Below are positions 36,198 through 46,081 of a stretch of DNA of 64,000 nt, in pieces. Positions within the stretch are counted from its first letter, which is position 1. Each line of letters begins with the position of its first letter. Under the pieces are notes generated by a model. That model worked only from the letters and a program-made list of their open reading frames with translations. It ran no database searches and had not been told where the DNA came from. The stretch comes from an uncultured Bacilli bacterium (GTDB taxonomy: Bacteria > Bacillota_I > Bacilli_A > RF39 > UBA660): positions 12,006 through 76,005 of the forward strand of contig CAKONI010000002.1 in assembly GCA_934097105.1 (NCBI GenBank). Reading direction: 5' to 3'. A program made the position numbers and the translations under genes.

Positions 36198-36228
36198 AAA
36201 AAAATTCCTATATTTCAAGGAACTTTTT
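36198..36228 (-). terminator. terminator of the ylbL-like gene; copy 2 of the duplicated element
   Basis: AAAAAAATTCCT-ATATTTCA-AGGAACTTTTT, directly 3' of the stop at 36231. Confidence 0.65.
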
Positions 36229-36230
36229 AC

Positions 36231-37256
36231 TTATTTAAGGTTATCTAAGTAATTTATTGCATCATCAAATGTTGATACACTAATTAGTTTAAATTTATAG
36301 TTTTTTTTGTCTGTTATTTCTTTTGCTTCTTTATAGTTATCTTTTGGTACGAAGACAATATCTGCTTTTTTTCTATTTGCTGCCATTAGTTTATGTTTTA
36401 TTCCTCCGATTTCTCCGACGTTACCGTTTATATCTATTGTTCCTGTTCCGACGACTTTTTTACCGTGGGTTATATCTTCTTTTGTTAATTTATTGTATAT
36501 GGAAAGTGCAATCATTAATCCTCCAGAGGGACCTGCTTCTCTTTCTCCAAATGAGAAGTTTACTTCTGGGGATGTTGAGTATTTTATTTCGTTTGATATT
36601 ATTACTCCAAGTCTTTTCTTTTTTTCAAAATTTGTTAAATAACTTTCTGTTGTTATTTCTTTGTCTTCTCTTTTTACTAAAATTGATATTTTTTCATTTT
36701 CGTTAAAGGTACTTAATATTTTTGACATTTCATCATATGAGGTTATTTTTTTATTGTCTATTTTTAGTATTTCGTCTCCTACTTTTAGGTTTGTTTTGGC
36801 ACTTTTATCTATATAAATAACTAAGAATTTTGAAGATGAAACCCATATTTTTTTATTTGCTTTTTCAAATGCTACTTTTGTGGCTGAATCTACTGAGTTT
36901 GTGAAGTATAGTCTTTCTCTATAATCGTATTCATCTTTATCTTCATCTTTGTAGGTTACTTCACTTATTTTTTCTTTTTCATATGATGGTATTATATAGG
37001 ATAATAAATAAGTTAGTACTACTCCTTTTGATTCTCTTACATAAAGGGCTTGTAATGATCCTGTTGATTTGTTACTATTTTTGATGTTTATTTTTTCATC
37101 TATTTTTATAGTGCCTCCGCCCATTTTTATATAAAATGGTACGGGTATTAGTAGTGATAGCGTAATAATTATTGGTAAAAAGAATGATATTATTTCTTTG
37201 GGGCTTTTAAAAAAATTTTTAAGTTTTTCTATAAAATTATTTTTCTTGTTCTTCAT
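36231..37256 (-). CDS. YlbL/SepM-family membrane-anchored PDZ + Lon-like (S16) serine protease
   Basis: It has an N-terminal TM segment and a PDZ-like 'LKVGDEILKIDNKKI'. The Lon-protease block 'GPSGGLMIALSIYNKL' is followed by 'GGIKHKLMAA'. Confidence 0.8.
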   Translation of the reverse strand: MKNKKNNFIEKLKNFFKSPKEIISFFLPIIITLSLLIPVPFYIKMGGGTIKIDEKINIKNSNKSTGSLQALYVRESKGVVLTYLLSYIIPSYEKEKISEVTYKDEDKDEYDYRERLYFTNSVDSATKVAFEKANKKIWVSSSKFLVIYIDKSAKTNLKVGDEILKIDNKKITSYDEMSKILSTFNENEKISILVKREDKEITTESYLTNFEKKKRLGVIISNEIKYSTSPEVNFSFGEREAGPSGGLMIALSIYNKLTKEDITHGKKVVGTGTIDINGNVGEIGGIKHKLMAANRKKADIVFVPKDNYKEAKEITDKKNYKFKLISVSTFDDAINYLDNLK

Positions 37257-37299
37257 ATTAATCTCTCCAATATAATTATAACAGGAAATTAGGTGATTT

Positions 37300-38253
37300 A
37301 TGAAGAAAAAATTATATTCTTTTACAATTCTTTTTATATTAGCATTATTTATACTAAGTATTTTTACAAGTTCAGGTCATCTTACTAATACGATTAATTT
37401 TAGTACGGAGTTATTTATTAAAAATATATTTCCTTCGCTTTTTCCTATGTTTATTATATCTTCTTTGCTTGTTGAGATTGATCTTCCTAAGGTAATGGGA
37501 AGTGTTTTTAAAAGACCTATGAAAATGTTATTTAATACTAAGGGTGAGGGTGCTTTTATATTTTTTCTTAGTATGATAACGGGTTTTCCTAGTTCTGCTA
37601 AATACTTGGATGATTTAATGGAAAAGGGTCAGATTAATAAAAGGGATTGTGAGAAGATACTTATGTTTACTTTCTTTTCTAATCCTTTGTTTATAGTAAA
37701 TACTATTGGTAATACTTTTTTAGGGGATATAAGATATGGATATTTTTTACTTTCGGCTCATATTATGGGGAATATTTTTGTTGGTATTACTTTTAGGGGT
37801 TTTAATAAGAATATTACTAATGATAATATGAAAACTTATAATCTTTCTTATTTAAATAATAAAATTAATGAATGTAATCTTTTTAAAGTATTACTTAATA
37901 GTATAAAGAGTTCGATTGATATTTTACTTAATATATTTGGAATTGTTACTTTTTCACTTATTGTTATTAGTTTAGTTTTTAATGATCCTAGTAGTTTTTA
38001 TCAAAATGTTTTGGTGGGTTTAATTGAAATGACTACGGGGCTTAAATATTTATCTTTAGGTGGTGCAGATATTACTGTAAAACTTATGTTATCGGCTTTT
38101 TTTATATCTTTTGGTGGATTTTCTATTCATTTTCAAATAATGAGTATATTAACTAAAAGAAAGGTAAAATATTTACCTTTCTTAATATCTAGAGTGTTTC
38201 ATGCTTTATATAGTATGATTTTTATAGTTATACTTATGATTTTGTTTAAGTAG
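37300..38253 (+). CDS. ylbJ: sporulation integral membrane protein YlbJ-like (nucleoside-recognition/gate domain)
   Basis: Polytopic, 317 aa. 'FIKNIFPSLFPMFIISSLL' and 'GFPSSAKYL' are typical of YlbJ. It sits next to a ylbL-like gene, as in Bacillus. Confidence 0.7.
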   Translation: MKKKLYSFTILFILALFILSIFTSSGHLTNTINFSTELFIKNIFPSLFPMFIISSLLVEIDLPKVMGSVFKRPMKMLFNTKGEGAFIFFLSMITGFPSSAKYLDDLMEKGQINKRDCEKILMFTFFSNPLFIVNTIGNTFLGDIRYGYFLLSAHIMGNIFVGITFRGFNKNITNDNMKTYNLSYLNNKINECNLFKVLLNSIKSSIDILLNIFGIVTFSLIVISLVFNDPSSFYQNVLVGLIEMTTGLKYLSLGGADITVKLMLSAFFISFGGFSIHFQIMSILTKRKVKYLPFLISRVFHALYSMIFIVILMILFK

Positions 38254-38755
38254 TTTCTTTTTGGGTTTCGTATGGATAAACTATTTTGAATCCATAGTTT
38301 TCTGGATCATCATTTTGTACGTAGTAAATAGGAAAGTTTATTATTAAATAATTCATATCTTTATCTTTTTCTATTTTTACTTCTGGTTGGTTTTCATCTC
38401 TTCCGATTTCTACGAATTTACTGTTTGGTAAAACTTCTGTTACTCCGCCATATGTAATTCCTATTTCGTCATTATCGTTTCCTGTATTTAGTTTTATTGT
38501 GTATTTTTTGCTTTTTGAATCAGTAATAGTAACAGAGTTATCATTTACGTCTACTTTGGTAGGTTTTGTTTTTAGTAATTTATACTGAATTTCACTACTT
38601 ATGGTTGCAGAAAATTCTGTGTAACTTTTGGTTACGTCTTTTTCTTCATAGTTAAATTTAACATCTAAGATTAATTGATATAGTCCTATTACTATTACTA
38701 TTAAAAGGGAAAATGTTACGATTAGTTCTACTAGTGTCATACCTTTATTGTTCAT
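38246..38755 (-). CDS. prepilin-type N-terminal cleavage/methylation domain protein (pseudopilin-like)
   Basis: 'MNNKGMTLVELIVTFSLLIVIVIGLY': class III signal with the conserved Glu at +5 after Gly. Confidence 0.7.
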   Translation of the reverse strand: MNNKGMTLVELIVTFSLLIVIVIGLYQLILDVKFNYEEKDVTKSYTEFSATISSEIQYKLLKTKPTKVDVNDNSVTITDSKSKKYTIKLNTGNDNDEIGITYGGVTEVLPNSKFVEIGRDENQPEVKIEKDKDMNYLIINFPIYYVQNDDPENYGFKIVYPYETQKETT

Positions 38756-38921
38756 AATGTCACTCCTTATTTTACTAATTATAAACTTTTGGGATTGGTA
38801 CCTTTTTTTATTTATAATTTTTGCTTGTTTATTTTACAGATTTATTATATAATATTTTTAGAATAATTTCTAGGGTTTTGTGAAAATAAAAGAATTTAGT
38901 AAAAAGGGGAAATTTTATATT

Positions 38922-40916
38922 ATGATGCGAGAGTTTAACTTTGTGTCAACACCAATAGTTGATATAGTAAATGATATAATTATAGATTCTGTTATTAAAA
39001 ATGCGAGTGATATTCATCTTGATCCTGCAGAAAAGTATTTGAAAATTAGGATAAGAATAGATGGGGATTTAAGAGATTATGCAATGGTGGATAATAAGTA
39101 TAAGAGAAATCTTACTACGAGAATAAAACTACTTGCGGGTATGAATATAACGGAATCTAGATTGCCTCAAGATGGTGCGATTAAAAGTGTTATACAAGGT
39201 AAGGATTTGGATCTTCGTGTTTCTGCCCTACCTACATCTTTTGGTGAAAAAATAGTTATAAGAATTTTGGATTATTCAATGAGTTTACAAGGATTAGAAA
39301 CTCTTGGTTTTACTGATGAAAATTATAATATAATACAAGAAATGGTTAGTAGTCCAAATGGAATTATTCTAATTACGGGTGCTACTGGTTCTGGTAAGAG
39401 TACTACTGTTTATTCTATGCTTCAAAAACTTAATAGAGAGGAAATTAATATAATTACGGTTGAAGATCCAGTAGAAATGAGTATTGAGGGTTTAAACCAA
39501 GTACAAGTAAATTCGGAAATAGGACTTGATTTTGCTGCGGTACTTCGTTCTATTTTGAGGCAAGATCCGAACGTAATTCTAATTGGGGAAATTCGTGATA
39601 GTGAAACTGCTAAGATTGCTGTTAGAGCATCAATTACTGGGCATTTAGTATTGTCAACACTACATACGAATAGTTCTCTTACTACTATTGAAAGACTTAT
39701 TGATATGAATGTTGAAAGATATTTGCTTTCTTCTTCATTAAAGGGTATTGTTTCTCAAACGCTTGCTAAGAAGTTATGTCCATCTTGTAGAGTTCAAAGG
39801 AAAGCGAATGATACTGAAAAAGCAATATTTAAGAAAGTACTTGGGCAAGATGTTGAGTATATATATGAGGCTGGAAGATGTGATAATTGTCATAATGGTT
39901 ATACTGGTCGTATTGCTCTTCAAGAAGTACTTTTGATAAATGACGCTATTAGGGAGGCAATAAATCAAAATATTGATCGTGAGGAATTAAGAAGATTGAT
40001 TTATTCAAAGGGTGTAAAAACACTTCTTCAAGATGGATTAATTAAGGTTCTTGCGGGTATAACTGATTTAAAGGAAGTATTTAGATTGGTTGATTATGAT
40101 GAAAGTGATATATTGTTTAGTAACAATAGAGATGTTGATTATGCTAAGGTTAATGATGGCAGTATGCATGTTCAAGATAAAGATGCTAGTGATGTAAGTG
40201 ACTCCATTAATACTGTTTCTAGTGGTGGTAATAATAATCTTAATAATTATGTTAATTCTAATAATGTGATTAGTAATGATGTTAATAATAATGCTTATGC
40301 TAGTAATGTAGTTACTACTAATAATGATTCAGTAATTAAGAATGTAGATGCTAATAATGAGACTCCTAATAATAGTTATTCTGATACTAATAATAATGTA
40401 ATTGCTACTAATAATGATTCAGCAATTAATAACGTAGATTCTAATGGTGGTGCTTCTAATACTATTGTTAATAGTAATAGTTATGCTAATGCTAGTGATA
40501 ATATAGTTACTCCTAATAATGATGTTAATGCTAATATGAATAATAATGTTAATAGTGTTATTGATATAAATCCTGTTAATAATATGAGTAGTGCTAATGT
40601 TAATGATAATGTTAGTCAAAGTAATGGTACTATTAATATTCCAAATACTAGTACTAATGCTAATGTGGGTTCTACTAATTTAGAGAATAATATTAGTCCT
40701 AGTCAAGTTAATAGTAATGCTGGAACTTCTGAACAAGATAATAATATATTTAATGCAAAAGGTAACTTATTTGATGATAATGTATTTAATAATTTGAGAA
40801 TTGATAATAGTCAGGCTAATAATCAAGGTACTACTGTAAATACAAGTAATTTCTATAGTAGTGATTATACTAATGATTTGCTTAATAGAATTAATAATGG
40901 AATGAAAGATGCTTAA
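38922..40916 (+). CDS. GspE/PilB/ComGA-family secretion ATPase with ~270-aa Asn-rich low-complexity C-terminal extension
   Basis: Walker A 'GATGSGKSTT', Asp box and Walker B 'ILIGEIRD', His box 'TGHLVLSTLHTN', tetracysteine 'CPSC...CDNC'. From about 40107 the sequence is N/S/V/D-rich. I place the start at ATG 38922. Confidence 0.85.
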   Translation: MMREFNFVSTPIVDIVNDIIIDSVIKNASDIHLDPAEKYLKIRIRIDGDLRDYAMVDNKYKRNLTTRIKLLAGMNITESRLPQDGAIKSVIQGKDLDLRVSALPTSFGEKIVIRILDYSMSLQGLETLGFTDENYNIIQEMVSSPNGIILITGATGSGKSTTVYSMLQKLNREEINIITVEDPVEMSIEGLNQVQVNSEIGLDFAAVLRSILRQDPNVILIGEIRDSETAKIAVRASITGHLVLSTLHTNSSLTTIERLIDMNVERYLLSSSLKGIVSQTLAKKLCPSCRVQRKANDTEKAIFKKVLGQDVEYIYEAGRCDNCHNGYTGRIALQEVLLINDAIREAINQNIDREELRRLIYSKGVKTLLQDGLIKVLAGITDLKEVFRLVDYDESDILFSNNRDVDYAKVNDGSMHVQDKDASDVSDSINTVSSGGNNNLNNYVNSNNVISNDVNNNAYASNVVTTNNDSVIKNVDANNETPNNSYSDTNNNVIATNNDSAINNVDSNGGASNTIVNSNSYANASDNIVTPNNDVNANMNNNVNSVIDINPVNNMSSANVNDNVSQSNGTINIPNTSTNANVGSTNLENNISPSQVNSNAGTSEQDNNIFNAKGNLFDDNVFNNLRIDNSQANNQGTTVNTSNFYSSDYTNDLLNRINNGMKDA

Positions 40917-40955
40917 ATTAGTGTCTTTTTTTGTGTTTTCTGGGATAGCATAATA

Positions 40956-40980
40956 AAAAGTTCTTGAATTAAGAACTTTT
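40956..40980. terminator. bidirectional terminator between convergent genes
   Basis: Stem AAAAGTTCTT / AAGAACTTTT (10 bp), 5-nt loop. Confidence 0.7.
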
Positions 40981-40991
40981 GCTTTATAAAA

Positions 40992-42425
40992 TTAATTAAT
41001 ATTATTTTTTCTGATAAATATACTCATACTAACTAAACTAATAAATGAGATAATACTAGTTAAAATATATAGCCCTATTCCATCATAAGTTTGCGGATTT
41101 TTAATGGTTTCAGTTTTTGCTTCTTTTTTCTTTTCTTTTTCTTTTTCTTTAGTAGTGATTGGTACTTTTTCAGTAGTTATTTTAATAATAATATCACTGG
41201 AAATATTATTAATCATTAAATTATTATTAATAAGTGGTAAAGCGTTTTGGTCATTAACTAGTACTGATTTTAATTTATATCCGTCTTTTGCATTAATGCT
41301 TATTTTCTTACTTTCTCCTTCTAATAGTGTAATTTCATCTTCAATGTCAACTAAACTATTATTATCTTTTACAATTTTTATAGTGTATTTAGAAAGAGTT
41401 TTTATATAGTTATAACTAGAAAGATTAAATCCATTTCCTTCATCTACTATAGTTCTGGCATCTGATCCACTTATTTCCTGACCTCCTAGTATTGCTTTGT
41501 TGTCCATTCCTATAAGTGTAGGTTCTTTTGTGAAAGATACATTGTTGACTTTAATTTCAAGTGCACTATCATCAACAATGATTGTTCCCTCTCTACTTGT
41601 TCCTATGCCATAATTGCCACTTCCTACATAAACTTTGGAATTTTTAATTTCTACGGCGGTGTCTGAATAAATGCCTCCTGCAATACTTTCTAAATTGAAT
41701 TTAGATGAAGTAAGCCTCATTTTTCCATAACTATAAATGCTAGCGTATCCACTTTTTGCTTTAACACTTGAATTACTGATAGTAAGTGAGCCATCTCCAT
41801 TTGTAGGTTCTACGTAAATTGCGTTTGATGTGTCTCTTGTGGCTTCTAAATCAAGTTTACTATCACTTATTTCCATTTTTGCGTAAGAAGAAATGGCAGA
41901 TCCACTACCTTTTGCCTTTACTTTAGAACCATTTTTAATAATTAAGCCTTTGTCACTTTCAAGTGCAGTGACAGTTTCTCTAGTTGAAGTTAGATCTAAA
42001 TTAGCGCCATCAATTATAACTTTTTTACCACTAATAGATGGCCAATCAGATACTATATTTAGTTTGCCGGAACCTGTAAATATAACTTCATTACTTGATG
42101 AAATTCCGAAGTTATCTCCGGTTGCTGTTATAGTGTTTGTTCCTTTTAAAATTACTTTAATAGTGTCAGTGGTGCTAGTTAAATTAATGCCATAATTACT
42201 ACTTGCATTTAAACTAATATTTTCTAGTACTAATTCTTTAGAATTATGATTATACGTAATTGTTCCACTTCCAGCGGAAACTTTATTTTTTACGTCGGTA
42301 AGTCTTTCTCCATTAACATAAACATCATAATTGGTATCTGCATTTACATTATGTATTCCTGACATAAAAATACAAATGAATATAAATGCAAATAAACTAA
42401 AATACTTTAATTTACTTTTTTTCAT
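40992..42425 (-). CDS. surface protein with beta-helix-like repeats, Ig-like domain and C-terminal sorting-like signal (NPQTY)
   Basis: ATG 42425 lies behind GGAGGAG. The signal peptide is 'FAFIFICIFMSGIHNVNA'. Degenerate repeats resemble 'SGSAISSYAKMEISDSKLDLEA'. The C-terminus is 'KNPQTYDGIGLYILTSIISFISLVSMSIFIRKNNIN'. Confidence 0.7.
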   Translation of the reverse strand: MKKSKLKYFSLFAFIFICIFMSGIHNVNADTNYDVYVNGERLTDVKNKVSAGSGTITYNHNSKELVLENISLNASSNYGINLTSTTDTIKVILKGTNTITATGDNFGISSSNEVIFTGSGKLNIVSDWPSISGKKVIIDGANLDLTSTRETVTALESDKGLIIKNGSKVKAKGSGSAISSYAKMEISDSKLDLEATRDTSNAIYVEPTNGDGSLTISNSSVKAKSGYASIYSYGKMRLTSSKFNLESIAGGIYSDTAVEIKNSKVYVGSGNYGIGTSREGTIIVDDSALEIKVNNVSFTKEPTLIGMDNKAILGGQEISGSDARTIVDEGNGFNLSSYNYIKTLSKYTIKIVKDNNSLVDIEDEITLLEGESKKISINAKDGYKLKSVLVNDQNALPLINNNLMINNISSDIIIKITTEKVPITTKEKEKEKKKEAKTETIKNPQTYDGIGLYILTSIISFISLVSMSIFIRKNNIN

Positions 42426-42498
42426 TATATCTCCTCCACTTACATGATAACATAAATATTTTTTATTTAATATATGAAAAAAGACATGTGAAAACCAT

Positions 42499-42528
42499 AA
42501 AAAAGCATGACTTAAGTCATGCTTTTTT
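42499..42528. terminator. palindromic terminator after the ABC exporter operon
   Basis: AAAAAAGCATGACT-TA-AGTCATGCTTTTTT, a perfect palindrome with A- and T-runs. Confidence 0.75.
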
Positions 42529-42546
42529 GATATTTTTAATTTATAT

Positions 42547-44334
42547 TTATTCCATTTTTTCAAATTGAGAATTGTATAGTTCAGCATAGAATCCTTTTTT
42601 CTTTAGTAGTTCTTCATGATTTCCTTGTTCTATGATACTTCCCTCTTTCATTACTAGGATGATATCCGCATTTTTTATTGTTGATAATCTATGAGCGATG
42701 ATAAATGATGTTTTCCCATGGGTTAATTTATCCATTGCATTTTGTACTAGTTCTTCTGTTCTAGTATCTACGCTGCTTGTTGCTTCATCTAGTATCAAGA
42801 ATGGTTTATCTTCTAACATGGCTCTTGCTATGGTAAGAAGTTGTTTTTGTCCACCTGAGAGGGATTCTACTTCATTAAGAACTGTGTCATATCCTTTTGA
42901 TAGAGATTTTATATAATGATCTAGCCCTACTACTTTGCATACTTCTTTTACTTTTTCATCTTTTATATTTTTATTATTGTATTTGATGTTTTCTGTTATT
43001 GTTCCGTTAAATACCCATGTATCTTGAAGTACCATTGTAAATAAATCATGGACATTTTTTCTGGTTAGATCATGGATGGAAATGCCATCTATTAATATAT
43101 CTCCTTTTTTTATGTCATAAAATTTCATAAGTAAATTTACCATGGTAGTTTTACCGGCACCGGTGGGTCCTACTATAGCGATTTTGTTACCTGCTTTTGC
43201 TTTTAGGGAGAAGTTTTTGATGATTGTTTTATCTTCATCGTACCCAAATTCTATATTCTTAAATTCTATATTCCCTTTGGCATCTTCTTTTTTTAGTACT
43301 TTCATGTCTTTTTCTTCGCTCATTTCCTCTTCTTCTAGAAATGTGAATACTCTATAAGATGCTGCGCTGGTTGATTGAAGTGATGTCATGGCTTGGGCTA
43401 TTTGAGTAAGTGGATTTGTAAATAATCTAATATAAATCATAAATGCTACGATTACTCCGAAAGATATTTTGTTATCTATTACTAGGAGTGCTCCGACAAC
43501 ACAGACTGCAACGTAACCGAAGTTTCCTATAAATGACATGATCGGTGGCATAAGGCCTGAAAGGAACTGACTTTTTCTATTACTTTTGTATAGTTTTTCG
43601 TTTATTTCATCGAATTTTTTTTCTTCTAAATCCATGGCGTTATATACTTTTACGATGTTGTGTCCTCCATATACTTCTTCTATATGACCGTTTAGTTCTC
43701 CTAGTTGTTTTTGTTGCTCATTAAAGTATTTTTGGGAATTTTTAAGTATTATTCCCATGATGATAAAGCCTATGATGCTTGCTCCAATTGCGGTAAATGC
43801 CATGGTTACGTCTGTTACGAACATCATGATTAAGGCTCCTAGGAAAAGGGTTATTGAACTAACTAGATTTCCTAGACTTTGATTAAGTGTTTGAGCGATG
43901 GTATCTACGTCGTTTGTAACTCTAGATAGGACATCACCGTAACTGTTTTTATCAAAATATTTAAGGGGCAATTTATTTATTTTTTCTGATATTTCGTTTC
44001 TAAGGCTATTAGCACATCTATTAGTAACAATAGCCATGATGAAGCCTTGAATATAACTGAAGATGGCTCCAAGGCCGTAGATGATTGCTAAAAATATTCC
44101 GATGTCTTTGATTTTATCAAGGTCTATTCCTGTTGTTAGGCCTTTTGTTATTGTGTCTGTGATGTCACTTAGTTTATCTGGTCCGATTATTGAAAATATT
44201 GATGAGATAACTGCTAAAATAAGTGCTGGAATAATTAGAGGTAAATATTTTTTTATGTAGTTAAATAGTTTGCCAAGTGAAACTTTCAAACTTGTTTTGT
44301 TTTCATTATCTTTACTTGTTTTCTTCTTAGACAT
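42547..44334 (-). CDS. ABC transporter ATP-binding/permease fusion (type I exporter half-transporter)
   Basis: Six-TM domain plus NBD with 'GPTGAGKTT', 'LSGGQKQ' and 'ILDEATSSVD'. Confidence 0.9.
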   Translation of the reverse strand: MSKKKTSKDNENKTSLKVSLGKLFNYIKKYLPLIIPALILAVISSIFSIIGPDKLSDITDTITKGLTTGIDLDKIKDIGIFLAIIYGLGAIFSYIQGFIMAIVTNRCANSLRNEISEKINKLPLKYFDKNSYGDVLSRVTNDVDTIAQTLNQSLGNLVSSITLFLGALIMMFVTDVTMAFTAIGASIIGFIIMGIILKNSQKYFNEQQKQLGELNGHIEEVYGGHNIVKVYNAMDLEEKKFDEINEKLYKSNRKSQFLSGLMPPIMSFIGNFGYVAVCVVGALLVIDNKISFGVIVAFMIYIRLFTNPLTQIAQAMTSLQSTSAASYRVFTFLEEEEMSEEKDMKVLKKEDAKGNIEFKNIEFGYDEDKTIIKNFSLKAKAGNKIAIVGPTGAGKTTMVNLLMKFYDIKKGDILIDGISIHDLTRKNVHDLFTMVLQDTWVFNGTITENIKYNNKNIKDEKVKEVCKVVGLDHYIKSLSKGYDTVLNEVESLSGGQKQLLTIARAMLEDKPFLILDEATSSVDTRTEELVQNAMDKLTHGKTSFIIAHRLSTIKNADIILVMKEGSIIEQGNHEELLKKKGFYAELYNSQFEKME

Positions 44335-46081
44335 TTTCTATTTCCTCCTCTCCGAGCTGAGAAAGTGCTATTTCTTTATAACCTGGACATGTTTTTATAA
44401 GGGTTTTATGGGTGCCACTTCCTACTATTTTTCCATCTTCTATTAAGAAGATTTGATCTGCATCTTTTATGGTTCCTATTCTTTGGGCTACTATTAAGAC
44501 TGTTGCATCTTTAACATAGTTTTTGAGTTGTTTTCTTAATGTGAAATCAGTCTTATAGTCAAGTGCACTGAAAGAATCATCAAATATATATATTTCAGGA
44601 TTTCTTGCAATGGCACGGGCTATGGAAAGTCTTTGTTTTTGCCCTCCGCTTAGGTTGGTACCGCCTTCTGCTAGTTTGAAGTTATATCCTTCAGAAATTT
44701 TAGAGATAAATTCTTCGGCTTGAGCAACGCTTATTGCTTTGGAAATATTTTCTTTTGGTATTTTTTTATTATTTTTTTTACCGAAGGAAATGTTTTCTGA
44801 AATAGTGCCTCTAAACATGATGGCTTTTTGGGATACATACCCTATTTTATCGTATAGGTTTTCTTCTTTATATTCTTTTACGTTTATGCCGTCTACTAAG
44901 ACTTCTCCGGATGTTGCATCGTAGAATCTTGGTATTAAATTGATTATGGTACTTTTACCGCTTCCTGTTCTTCCGATGAATGCTATTGTTTGTCCTTTTT
45001 TTACTTTGAATGAGATATTTTCAAGCATGTATTCTTCGGCATCTGGGTATTTAAATGAAACATTTTTAAATTCTATTGTTCCTGTTTCTTTTGATGATGT
45101 TAGGTTGCCACTTTTGATGCTACTTTCAGTATCTAAAATTTCAAGTATTCTTTTTCCTGCGACGCTTGCTCTAGGATATAGAATAAATATCATAGTAAGC
45201 ATCATGAAAGCAATAACTACTTGCATTGCGTAGGCTGAGAATACTACCATGTCACTGAAAAGTCCTATTTTATCCATCATACTTGCTCTTTCTATTAGGT
45301 AGGCTCCGATAAAATATATTGAAAGTGATAATCCTGACATTATAAGTGTCATGACTGGGCTCATTAAAGCCATTAGTTTGGCTGTGAAACTGTATGTGCT
45401 GGTAAGTTCATCATTAGCGTTGTCGAATTTATTTTGTTGATAGTTTTCTGCATTGAAAGCACGTACTACTCTTATACCGGTAAGATTTTCTCTGGTGATT
45501 CTATTAAGGTTGTCGGTAAGCCATTGGATTTTTTTAAATTTAGGTAAGGCAATGAGAACAAGGACTAGTATTAGAATAAGTAGGACTACAATAGCACAAC
45601 CGGTTGCTAGTGTCCACTCGAAACTTTTTCCAAGTATTTTAGTTATTGCCCAAATGGCCATGATTGGGGCTTTAATCATTACTTGAAGTCCCATGGATAT
45701 AAGCATTCCAACTTGGGTAACGTCGTTTGTTGTTCTTGTTATTAAACTACTAGTAGAAAAATTCTTAATTTCTTCCATTCCAAAAGATCCTATTTTTGAG
45801 AATATATCTTTACGTAAGTTTTTGGAAAATGATGCAGCGATATATGAGGCAAAATAGCCTACTATTACTGAAGAAAGCAAACTTCCAAAGGCACATAGGA
45901 CCATGTAACTGCCTGGTTTTAAAACATCTTTTATTGTACCGCCAGATTGAACATATTTAGTAATTTCGTTCATGTAGTCAGGTATTTTTAAATCTAAATA
46001 GACTTGAAATGCTACAAAGGCAATACTTATAAATACAAGAAGTACTTGTTTTTTAGTAAGTTTTTTTATTAATTTTAACAT
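44327..46081 (-). CDS. ABC transporter ATP-binding/permease fusion (partner half-transporter)
   Basis: TM domain plus NBD with 'GRTGSGKST', 'LSGGQKQR' and 'IFDDSFSALD'. It overlaps both neighbouring genes. Confidence 0.9.
   Translation of the reverse strand: MLKLIKKLTKKQVLLVFISIAFVAFQVYLDLKIPDYMNEITKYVQSGGTIKDVLKPGSYMVLCAFGSLLSSVIVGYFASYIAASFSKNLRKDIFSKIGSFGMEEIKNFSTSSLITRTTNDVTQVGMLISMGLQVMIKAPIMAIWAITKILGKSFEWTLATGCAIVVLLILILVLVLIALPKFKKIQWLTDNLNRITRENLTGIRVVRAFNAENYQQNKFDNANDELTSTYSFTAKLMALMSPVMTLIMSGLSLSIYFIGAYLIERASMMDKIGLFSDMVVFSAYAMQVVIAFMMLTMIFILYPRASVAGKRILEILDTESSIKSGNLTSSKETGTIEFKNVSFKYPDAEEYMLENISFKVKKGQTIAFIGRTGSGKSTIINLIPRFYDATSGEVLVDGINVKEYKEENLYDKIGYVSQKAIMFRGTISENISFGKKNNKKIPKENISKAISVAQAEEFISKISEGYNFKLAEGGTNLSGGQKQRLSIARAIARNPEIYIFDDSFSALDYKTDFTLRKQLKNYVKDATVLIVAQRIGTIKDADQIFLIEDGKIVGSGTHKTLIKTCPGYKEIALSQLGEEEIENV

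Noticed and set aside
40107-40916. Asn-rich segment considered as a separate gene, a DNA tandem-repeat array or a CRISPR-like structure
   Set aside because: It is in frame and contiguous with the ATPase core. There is no fixed repeat period or spacer/repeat alternation, only compositional bias.
42426-42587. N-terminal 54-codon extension of the 531-aa track ORF, overlapping the ABC exporter stop and terminator
   Set aside because: The extension crosses a perfect palindromic terminator. A strong GGAGGAG plus ATG at 42425 opens directly on a classic signal peptide.
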